This document shows, piece after piece, positions 1 through 8,062 of a stretch of 32,000 nucleotides of DNA. The stretch is taken from assembly GCA_030429145.1 (NCBI GenBank), contig JAUIDC010000001.1, positions 150,001-182,000 on the forward strand, given 5' to 3'. Source of the DNA: Candidatus Saccharimonadota bacterium. Lineage in GTDB: Bacteria > Patescibacteriota > Gracilibacteria > Absconditabacterales > Absconditicoccaceae. The notes under the pieces were generated by a model. The model worked only from the letters and a program-made list of their open reading frames with translations, did not search any database and had not been told where the DNA came from. Position 1 is the stretch's first letter. Each line of letters opens with the position of its first letter. The translations under genes and the position numbers were made by a program.

Positions 1-743
1 TCGCCTCACAAATCGGCGTCGAAGTACTCGTCTGTACTAAAAGTTATGATGCCCTCGCTCAAAGTCGACAAAACGTCTCTACTCTTTTCTCTGGCCTGAT
101 ACAAACGTATACCAATCAACTCTCATATCTCAGCACCCTCACCGGCAACGACGAAAATTTCTTCCAGTGTATCTCTGCTTACCGTCAACAACTCAATACT
201 AATATTTCACAAATCAATCAACACTTTCCAACTATCAATAAACTCAATGCCCTTTCTACCTCGAGACAACGCACCTACAACACCTCTCCTCTTCAGTGTC
301 CTCTCGGTATTGATCTTAGACAGGACATTATAGATGTTCGCACCTATGAACAAGAAACAAATGAGCTGCTCTCTAGCAATCAGCATATCGAGAACATGCT
401 TGCAACTGGCTCCCTACAGACTATACAGGAGATATGCCAAACAGCAACCAGTGAACAAGAGTGATCAGGCCACTCTCTCGACGATCTGCTTTCTGTGTTT
501 ACAGGCTCACAGCAACAGCTTATGCAGCAGCCTCCACAGACCACCTGAGCCAATAGTAACACTGGTTCATTTACCCAGCTACCAGAAGAGACCCGAAACA
601 TCATCAATGATATCTATGAAAATAACACCAAATACATCGACCTCATGCAACAGACAAAGCAGGATAAAAGCTACAATCCACTCCGACGTATCCAACAACT
701 CTTTCAAGAGTTCTACGGCGACACTGAAGAATTTACAAGATAG
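1..743 (+). CDS. hypothetical protein, 5'-truncated at the window edge (C-terminal 246 aa visible)
   Basis: Open in frame 3 (codons from nt 3) to TAG 741-743 when TGA=Gly. Two in-frame TGA (462-464, 546-548). Q/N/T-rich, no family recognised. Track ORF 334..921 is a different, implausible frame. Confidence 0.5.
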
Positions 744-793
744 CTACAGACCTTTTTCAACTTTATACATTTTTAATTTTATATTATATTCCT

Positions 794-1597
794 ATGATTG
801 CTTTCCATATTGGGTCCATCCCCATCTATCGATACGGTATCTTCTATCTCGCAACTTTTGTTGTTGGCTATCTCTTTCTCATTCGAGTAGGCAAGATCAG
901 AATGTATGCGAAGTTCGATAATGCTCAAACGATACTTACAAGATGAGTCGATGATATCGTCCTCGCCTCGGTCATTGGGATACTTGTAGGCGGTAGACTT
1001 GGAGAGGTTCTCCTTTACAACCGAGAATACTACAGCCAAAACCCAGCAGAGATTATTGCGGTCTGGCATGGTGGTATGTCATTTATCGGTGGCATTGTCG
1101 GAGTCATCCTTGCAATTCTTTTCTTGGATAGAATGTTCAAACTATCGAGAAAAGAGCTTCTTATCATCTTTGACCTCATCCTCGTGATCGTACCTATCGG
1201 TATCATCCTTGGTCGCTACGGCAATTTTCTCAATCAAGAACTGTATGGCATCCTCGCGCCTTCTCGATGGCCAGAGATCCTTACGCACACCTATACCACC
1301 ATTGATAACCAACCAAGGATCAACACAAACTTTCTTGCACTCCTCTTCGAATGAGCCCTCACTTTTGTTGTCTCTCTCTTCCTTTTCTTCAAACAAAAAA
1401 TAACTAAACATATCACCCCAGGAGTTATCTCGGTCACTTTTATCTCCCTCTATTCTATCATCAGATTTTTCCTCGACTATCTCAGACAGGATAGCCAAGG
1501 TCAATTTATGGGACCATTCACTACTACACAATGGTTTATGCTCTTCTTTTTCCTCTTCGGCATAGCCCTTTGGAGATATCTTATCCAAAAAAGATAA
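794..1597 (+). CDS. lgt: prolipoprotein diacylglyceryl transferase
   Basis: 267 aa after joining fragments across TGA 944-946 and 1352-1354. N-terminus 'MIAFHIGSIPIYRYGIFYLATFVVGY', 'AVWHGGMSFIGGIVG', 'GRYGNFLNQELYG' and 'LLFEG' match Lgt signatures. Ends TAA 1595-1597. Confidence 0.88.
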
Positions 1598-1599
1598 TC

Positions 1600-1627
1600 T
1601 TGACTTTTGAGATTTGGGGCGTAATAT
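1600..1627 (+). promoter_or_regulatory. candidate sigma-70-type promoter (TTGACT-N16-TAATAT)
   Basis: TTGACT at 1600-1605 and TAATAT at 1622-1627, in the gap after lgt and upstream of the 1661/1682 ORF. Confidence 0.35.
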
Positions 1628-1660
1628 TCAAAGCACGCTTTACATCACAACATTCAAAGT

Positions 1661-1882
1661 ATGTACTGAGGAAATCTTAATATGTTCCAGACTATCGGCA
1701 ATGGTCATAATAAAGGCTATGACGATTACAATTATTACAATGAACAGATAGCTCATAAAGACTGAGTGCAACAGAAAAAAGAAACTACCGCTGCTATCAT
1801 TGAAGCACTTTCAGACAAGAAAGAAGAGCCAGTTAAAAAAGAAGGTGATGATGAATACATTCAATCCATCCCAGCTTGTTAA
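1661..1882 (+). CDS. small hypothetical protein (73 aa; alternative start ATG 1682)
   Basis: Frame-2 ORF open with two TGA=Gly, ends TAA 1880-1882. Acidic/Lys-rich C-terminus, no family recognised. Confidence 0.35.
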
Positions 1883-1908
1883 TTTTTGATTATATAACGT
1901 CATATAGG

Positions 1909-2190
1909 ATGAACCTGAGTATGCGTATAAATATAAATCATCTACCTGCACAGGAATCAGAATTAAAACAGCTAGCGACTATTTGTAGGCAAACAAGATT
2001 AGATATTGCAAAAGAGTTCACCACTATCCAAGATCGTTTTAATAAAAGAAATGACACAGAGTACGAACTACCTGATTTTATGGATATGATCAATAGTATC
2101 GACTGAGAAATTGACTACCTTACATGAGGGCAAGGCTATACTCCACAGGAATATATAGATATGCTTGAAAGAAAAGAGAAACGTGCATAA
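1909..2190 (+). CDS. small hypothetical protein (93 aa)
   Basis: Track ORF 1876..2106 continues through TGA 2104-2106 and a second in-frame TGA ('YLTGGQGY') to TAA 2188-2190. First ATG is at 1909. No family recognised. Confidence 0.4.
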
Positions 2191-2202
2191 TTAACCCTCA
2201 AA

Positions 2203-2910
2203 TCACTTTTCTTTGATACTCATAGCCACTGAAACATCACCCTCTTGGGTGATTTTTCCATTTTCGAGAACGTAGACGTGATCAACGGGAATGTAGTCGA
2301 GGATAGAAAAGTAGTGCGTGATGACGATGAAAGTGTTATTTTGATTATTTAGTTCTTTCATAAGAGTAGCCACACTACGGAATGCATCCACATCGAGGCC
2401 ACTATCCACCTCGTCGAGGAAGATATACTTTGGCTCTAGTAAGCGTAGTTGTAGAATTTCAATCTTTCTTCTTTCTCATCCACTAAATCCGACATTGAGA
2501 TCGCGCCAAAGGAAATCACGGTCTATATGTAACTCCTCTATCAGAGGTTCAATGACCTTTTTAAATGCGAGAAATGTTATTTGCTCTCCCACTTTAGCAG
2601 AGTAAATAGTACGTAGAAATTCAAAAAGTTTTACGCCTTTGATCTCTGGGATAGATTGAAATGCAAGAAAAATACCTTGCTGTGCTCTCTCATTTGGCTC
2701 CATCTCTTTAAGCGATTGTCCATCGAGGAGAATATCTCCGTCTGTAACCTCATATGAGGGATGTCCCATGACCGTAAGAGCAAGAGATGACTTACCAGAA
2801 CCATTTTTACCGAGCAAACAGTAGTTTTTTCATAACTCAAACTCCATTTTTACTCCTTTCAATACCTCTTTCTCCTCTACCGTTACGTGTATATCTTTTA
2901 TTGTTAACAT
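2203..2910 (-). CDS. sufC: Fe-S cluster assembly ABC ATPase SufC
   Basis: Track fragments 2203..2409 and 2476..2817 plus an upstream piece join in one frame (235 aa). TGA 2476-2478 gives 'NVGFSG-G-ERRKIEILQL' (ABC signature) and TGA 2830-2832 lies in 'MEFEL-G-KNYCLLGKNGSGKSS' (Walker A). N-terminus 'MLTIKDIHVTVEEKEVLKG' is SufC-like. Ends TAA. Confidence 0.85.
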
Positions 2911-3011
2911 CAATGCATATTAGGTCTAAACAGGTCAATATAATAGGTAAAAAGCCTCAAAAAACAAGGGGTACGGTGGACTTGACTTTTTCTCCTATAG
3001 GGATAAACTCT

Positions 3012-3446
3012 ATGTACAACAAAAAGCCAACGCTTATGAAATGGAGAAATACACTAATGTTGGGGTGGTTAATCCAGCTCATCAACCCAGCGTACAAAGG
3101 CAGGGTGAGCATAACTTGCAATAACATTCCTGTCTCAGTTGAGCCAGATCTCCTTGCTCTTATGACTATTGGACTAGGACAAGCATCTGTAAATTCAAGT
3201 TACAGTATGCAGCCAGCCGTCCCCATGGGCTATGACGAAGAGGTTGAGTATGACACTGCTAACAGTGATTACTCCTCTGACATGCACTATGTTACCATCC
3301 AATTGCATAACGGTAAAACCGTACGTGCAGTAGCAGCGGATGGCGATAACGTACAACGTCTCCAACAAGGACACGAAGTACAAGTCAGAAAAACTCATTG
3401 GCTCTTCAGCGACACGAAAGCCACCGTCTATGAACTACTACAGTAA
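3012..3446 (+). CDS. hypothetical protein (144 aa; start uncertain)
   Basis: Inner ATG of track ORF 2787..3446; the upstream part overlaps sufC antisense. No in-frame TGA, ends TAA. No family recognised. Confidence 0.45.
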   Translation: MYNKKPTLMKWRNTLMLGWLIQLINPAYKGRVSITCNNIPVSVEPDLLALMTIGLGQASVNSSYSMQPAVPMGYDEEVEYDTANSDYSSDMHYVTIQLHNGKTVRAVAADGDNVQRLQQGHEVQVRKTHWLFSDTKATVYELLQ

Positions 3447-3464
3447 CAATATTATTTCACGAAA

Positions 3465-3487
3465 AAGCGCCTCGTATCGGGGCGCTT
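3465..3487. terminator. bidirectional intrinsic terminator hairpin between convergent genes
   Basis: AAGCGCC (3465-3471) pairs with GGCGCTT (3481-3487), flanked by an A-run and T-rich tail. It lies between stop 3446(+) and stop 3492(-). Confidence 0.6.
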
Positions 3488-3491
3488 CTGC

Positions 3492-5420
3492 TTATTGAAA
3501 TATTTTCTCAAACATCTGTTCTATCTCATCTCTCTTCGTTTTAAACTTAGGGTCTTTTATCCAGCTACCAAACTGTTTGTGACAGAAGTCGATGGTTTCT
3601 TCTACTCACTTGTGTTGTATACCCATATAGGTTTCCGTGTCTCACTGTTTTAGTAAGAAGATATTATCATCATAGAGGTCATCAATGAGGTTAACTATCT
3701 CCTTCCATTTTTGAGGGCTCTCTTCTTGTAGTAACTGAATCACCGTTGGGTATCTCTTTGTCTTAGGTAGGCCTTCTATATGTTTTCTATAGGCTTTCAT
3801 GTCGATCCTGACACCAGTATCTTGGATGTTATCCCAGTCACCGATAAAGTAACTTTGTAATCCAAACTTATCGAGGAATTTATTCCATCTGTTGAATGAA
3901 CCTTTTCCGTTGATATTAATAATTTCATAGTTAATAAGTTTTTTTGATCGCTTCGGATCTTTCTCCGCCAAGTAGTTCAAATAAAAGCCAAAGAAAAGCT
4001 CATCGATCTCGCCTTCCACCATGATGATTTTGTTCACAAAGAATATCTTTGCTGTATTGGTGAAGCGAAGTATCTGTACGAGGTTTGATTCATGTTCATG
4101 GTATGAGTGCAACGGTGACACCACCTGTGTCTCATGATTTCTCATATAGAACCTATGCACGTACTGGATATTGTTTTCATTGATAAGTAGTGCTGCGTGT
4201 GTTGCAACTACACACTGGATCTTCAATGCGTTACCTACTCTCTCCAAAAGAGAGAGAAGTTTTTTTTGTAGCTGAGGGTGTAGATGCAATTCAGGTTCAT
4301 CGATAACTATCAGTCCATTCTCGAGATCAAATCCATATAGCGTTGTGATAAGGAAAAGGATAGCTTTGTCCCCTGAAGACAACTCATCAAACGAGTAGCG
4401 ATGCCCCGCACTGTTTTCTAAGAAAAACGTATATCTCGTCTGCTCGTGCTCAGGTCTGTAAAGTCTCAATGAAAAGCCAATATACTCCTCGAGAAGCATA
4501 TTGATGGCAGCATACTCTTTGTTGTCTTTAAGTACGTCCTTACATGGTTTATCTCCACCAGGACATGTATAGTGGTATGCTTTTGCGAGTTTCTTTTTTA
4601 ACATCTCAAAACCGATCGGCAGATTTGCCTGTGAGAAAAAGTCCTTATCTTCATCGATCGTCTGGAGTACATCACTACCATAGCGGAAGTGCAGGTCATA
4701 GTGCGAATCCAGATGCCCAAGTTTTCTATAACATCAGATAATAGCAAACGTATTGTTCAAGTGACGAACTCTCTCCTTCGGATCAGTGATGATAAATGTA
4801 TTGTAAATGGTAATCAGATGCTGAATCGCTTCAAAGTGTTTGATATAAGCGAAGAACAACTGCCCTACCGGATCAGTATCCAGACAGTTTGAACTCACAA
4901 CTCCCGTCTTCGTATTGATCTTGCAACTCACATGAAGTGACTCACGTTTCATCACATCATCTACCGAGACCCCATTGTTAAAGCGAACTGGAATTCTCGA
5001 GTAGGTTCCAAGAAGCTCATTGATCTTCTGTGCATACTTCACGATGAATGCTGCGTTGTCACGGTCAAGATCTGAGAGGTAGAAAGAAACCTGTATCTCA
5101 CTTGGTTTGTCTTTATGATCATTGTGTGGTGGAAGCGCAACGATCGGGTGAGCAATCTGTGTAATCGTCCTATCATAATTCCCCACGTCTTCTCTTTTTA
5201 AAAACTGATCATTGAGTGTATAACGATCTGTCATACCTACGCGAAACATATAGTTCACTATCGTAAGAAAATTACTTTTTCCTGAACCGTTAGGTCAGAT
5301 GAGAATGTGTGTATGCGCATCTATTGTTCATACCGGGAAAGTAATCCCTCTATCCGTTTTCATATTCGGCACATACGGGAAGCTCAATAAGTTCGAAATT
5401 TTGATGTTGTGTATCTTCAT
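3492..5420 (-). CDS. OLD-family nuclease-like protein (N-terminal ABC/AAA ATPase + C-terminal Toprim)
   Basis: 642 aa after joining track ORFs 3642..4604 and 4734..5258 with three further pieces across 5 in-frame TGA. Walker A 'HILI-G-PNGSGKSN' has its first Gly encoded by TGA 5295-5297. Other motifs: signature-like 'ELSSGDKAILFL', Walker B 'LIVIDEPELHLHP', H-loop 'VVATHAALL'. Toprim motifs: 'KIIMVEGEIDELFF', 'NINGKGSF', 'IGDWDN' (DxD). The apparent stop TGA 3642-3644 reads through 49 more codons to TAA 3492-3494. Confidence 0.62.
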
Positions 5421-5458
5421 AAGATAGCGCAACAGTAACTAAAAATCAGCACTCTTTA

Positions 5459-5486
5459 ATAATACTGAGAATCGTAAAAAAAGCAA
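5459..5486 (-). promoter_or_regulatory. candidate promoter for the OLD-like gene (TTGCTT-N16-TATTAT on minus strand)
   Basis: The reverse complement of 5481-5486 is TTGCTT and of 5459-5464 is TATTAT, about 40 nt upstream of ATG 5420 and just downstream of the 5501-5537 hairpin. Confidence 0.3.
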
Positions 5487-5500
5487 AAAATGACTATAAG

Positions 5501-5537
5501 AAAAAGCGAGCGATTACCTAGGTAATGACCCGCTTTT
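5501..5537 (-). terminator. intrinsic terminator after the histone-like gene
   Basis: The minus strand reads GCGGGTCATTACC-TA-GGTAATCGCTCGC followed by TTTTT. The stem is imperfect, with a strong ATTACC/GGTAAT core. Confidence 0.5.
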
Positions 5538-5554
5538 ATGAAGAATGCCAAGAA

Positions 5555-5755
5555 TTATTTCTTCTTCTTAGCAGCGCTTTTTTTCGTAGCTTTCTTAGCT
5601 ACTTTCTTCTTTGCAACTTTTTTAGCTACCTTCTTTTTAGCAGGTGCTTTTTTAGCAACTTTCTTCTTAGCTACCTTCTTAGCAGTAGTCTTTTTTGCTA
5701 CCTTCTTCTTAGCAGGTGCTTTCTTTGTTGCTTTCTTCTTTTTTGCAACAGCCAT
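5555..5755 (-). CDS. histone H1-like Lys/Ala-repeat DNA-binding protein (66 aa)
   Basis: 'MAVAKKKKATKKAPAKKKVAKKTTAKKVAKKKVAKKAPAKKKVAKK...' is almost entirely AKKK/VAKK repeats. Start taken at the internal ATG 5753-5755 of track ORF 5555..5854; the longer start 5854 is possible. Ends TAA. Confidence 0.7.
   Translation of the reverse strand: MAVAKKKKATKKAPAKKKVAKKTTAKKVAKKKVAKKAPAKKKVAKKVAKKKVAKKATKKSAAKKKK
5625..5722 (-). repeat. in-frame 72-nt-period direct repeat inside the histone-like gene
   Basis: gctaccttctttttagcaggtgcttt (5625-5650) and gctaccttcttcttagcaggtgcttt (5697-5722) match at 25 of 26 nt. Both encode the repeated 'KKAPAKKKVAKK'. Confidence 0.7.
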
Positions 5756-5866
5756 CGTCTGTGCGAAATTATGAAATAAATATTGTAGTGCATCGATGAA
5801 TATTTCATCATCACGTATGATAGATAGAAAAAATACGAACAATTGCAAGGGCAAATTATTTTTTCA

Positions 5867-6571
5867 CTACCAATTTTTTATTAATCGTCATCCAATGATC
5901 GCAGCAGTTTCCATTCTCAAAATATTTTCACCGAAGGATATTTTTTTTACATTATTTTTTTCAAACATTTTTTCTTCATCCTCATGTCGTCAACCTTCAG
6001 GTCATACCAACACTATCACATCATTACTATTTTCATTTTTTTCTCTTTGAGTCATAAGTTTTTTCACATCTTCTCCGTCTTGATGAGCCACAAAAATTTC
6101 TTTTCACTCACTCCATAAGAAAACATTTTTTTCGAAAAAAAGGTTGGGGATTTTTTTTCATCGTGATTGTTCAACAGCTTCGAGTGAAATTTTTTGCAAA
6201 CGTTCCATTTTTTTCTCTGACATTTCTTTAATGATCGAATGTTGTGCAGGGAAAAAGACAATTGTATCTACTCCTGCCTCCGCACACTTCTGCACAATCA
6301 ACTCCGCCTTATCAAACTTATTTGGCATCGCAACAGCGAGGCAGTTACTTGCTTTATCAAGCTCTAATCTCTCTTCTGTAACAACCTCAGCCTCTATAGC
6401 ACTCTTCGATATGTCTATAATTTTTATCACTACTCTTCTACCCTCCCACTGCACGGCAACCTCGTCTCCCACCTTCGCACGCAACACTTTTGAAAGTTGA
6501 TGAACTACCCTCTCTTCTGTAAGAGAGATAATATTGTTAGTTTGTATGTATGGTGTAATGAATAATTGCAT
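5867..6571 (-). CDS. rsmE: 16S rRNA (uracil1498-N3)-methyltransferase RsmE
   Basis: Track ORF 6158..6571 (PUA-like N-terminus 'HQLSKVLRAKVGDEV') continues through 5 TGA to TAG 5867-5869 (234 aa). C-terminus 'VLV-G-PEG-G-' (TGA 6002-6004, 5990-5992) and 'ISFGENILRMETAAI' match the RsmE SPOUT motifs. Confidence 0.85.
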
Positions 6572-6592
6572 ATGATAGATGTTACATACGTA

Positions 6593-7321
6593 TTAAAACA
6601 ACTCATCTTCCTCACTCACTTCCTCTACAATCTCCTGCGTCTCAGGGTCTACTCTCCAGTCGATTGGCTCCAATCCGTGTTCCTGTAAGTACTCATTTGC
6701 TTTGCTAAAGTGTTTACAGCCGAAGAAGCCAGAGTGGACGGAGAATGGTGAAGGATGAGGCGATTCGAGGACGAGGTGCTTTGTTGTGTCGATAAGTGCC
6801 TTTTTGCCTTTGGCAAAGTTTCCTCGAAGCATGAAGACGACGTGTTCTTTTTGGTCACTGATGGTTTTAATGACAGAGTCGGTGAACTGTTGCCGCCCGA
6901 GCTGTTGGTGTGAAGCAGGCTGATTGGCACGAACTGTCAAAATAGCATTGAGCAATAGCACCCCCTGCTCAGCCCAAGGAGTCAGATCTCCCGTCTTTGG
7001 AACAGCCAGTCAGATATCCTCATGTATCTCCTGATAGATATTCTTCAGTGAGGGCGGCAGCGCTATTCCCTCCGGCACACTAAATGAGAGACCCATGGCT
7101 TGTCCTGGTCCGTGATATGGATCTTGTCAGAGGATAACGATTTTGACGCGATCGAAAGGCGTGGTATTGAAAGCATTGAAAATAAGATTTCCCGGTGGAT
7201 AGATAGCATGTTGTTGTTTTTTTTCTTCGATAAGTTTTTCTTTGATAGTAGCAAAATAGTCTTTGTGAAACTCGTCTGCTAGTGCGTCTTTCCATGACTC
7301 CTCTATCTGTATCTCGCTCAT
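6593..7321 (-). CDS. ung: uracil-DNA glycosylase (family 1)
   Basis: Track ORFs 7127..7321 and 6593..6961 join in frame (242 aa). TGA 7127-7129 supplies the Gly of '[21 protein letters not shown]'. '[15 protein letters not shown]' and 'SPHPSPFS' are also present. Second TGA at 7010-7012. Ends TAA. Confidence 0.92.
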
Positions 7322-7345
7322 CGCATTCTATCAGAAAATAAACTG

Positions 7346-7951
7346 CTATTTTTTGACCGTTTTTTTCTTTTTGCTGTATCTCATCTTTTTCTGCAAATAG
7401 CACTTCCCGCACGCTGGCTCATAGGTCACTTTTGCATCAGAACCGTCTATCATAACCTGCTCCCCATCAAAGATCGGCTTGTCGTCAAGAAGCCTGATGT
7501 TACATGTTGCTTTCTTACCACAGTGACAAATGGTCTTAATCTCCTCCAATGCATGCGCTATCTCCAAGAGCCTGGTACTTCCAGCAAACCCCTCCATCAT
7601 GAAGTCAGTACGAAGTCCATAACATATCACTGGAATTTCATCAATCACCGCCAAACGAAAGAGCTGATCGATCTGTTCTGCGGTACAAAACTGGGCTTCA
7701 TCTACCAAAATACAATGTGCAAATGGCTCTTTCGCAACTAGCTGCACGAGATCATCTTCTGGGGCAAACACAATATCTACCTTTCTCTTCATCCCAAGTC
7801 TCGATACAACATGCTGTTTTCCTTTGGTGTCTAACTTCGGCTTCATAACCAACACTTTCATCTTATTCTCTTCATAATTATGCGCAACTTGCAATAGTGC
7901 TGTCGATTTTCCCGCATTCATCGCACTATAGCGAAAGTAGAGTTTTGCCAT
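7346..7951 (-). CDS. tdk: thymidine kinase
   Basis: Intact 201-aa ORF with 'YSAMNAGKSTALL' P-loop, 'ILVDEAQF', and zinc-ribbon cysteines 'CHCGKKATCN...CGKCY'. No in-frame TGA. Ends TAG. Confidence 0.93.
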   Translation of the reverse strand: MAKLYFRYSAMNAGKSTALLQVAHNYEENKMKVLVMKPKLDTKGKQHVVSRLGMKRKVDIVFAPEDDLVQLVAKEPFAHCILVDEAQFCTAEQIDQLFRLAVIDEIPVICYGLRTDFMMEGFAGSTRLLEIAHALEEIKTICHCGKKATCNIRLLDDKPIFDGEQVMIDGSDAKVTYEPACGKCYLQKKMRYSKKKKTVKK

Positions 7952-8009
7952 ACCAAGCTCATCAAGAATAAATTTCCGATAGTATACGATTTACTGCTTT
8001 CAGAACAAT

Positions 8010-8040
8010 AAAAAAAGCAGAATCGCTAGGATCCTGCTTT
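8010..8040 (-). terminator. intrinsic terminator after rnj
   Basis: The minus strand reads GCAGGATC-CTAGC-GATTCTGC followed by TTTTTTT, 23 nt after the rnj stop. Confidence 0.6.
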
Positions 8041-8062
8041 CTCATATGCTTTTTTCATATGA

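Noticed and set aside
334-921. 195-aa frame-1 ORF spanning the end of the first gene and the start of lgt.
   Set aside because: It overlaps the better frame-3 CDS (1..743) and the lgt start. Its Cys/Ser/Leu-rich composition looks like an off-frame artefact.
2203-2817. Split sufC (and similarly split ung, rsmE, ychF, OLD-like, liv genes) looked like a run of pseudogenes or frameshifts.
   Set aside because: All fragments of each gene are in the same frame and are separated only by TGA at positions where homologs have Gly. This is recoding, not gene decay.
5525-5779. Two overlapping + strand ORFs encoding Phe/Leu/Ala-rich 'membrane-like' peptides.
   Set aside because: They are the antisense reading of the (AKKK)n histone-like gene. 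The low-complexity complement produces long open frames by construction.
7063-7412. ORFs 7063..7254, 7080..7412 and 7100..7282 overlapping ung and tdk.
   Set aside because: These are alternative frames or the antisense strand of the clearly identified ung and tdk reading frames.
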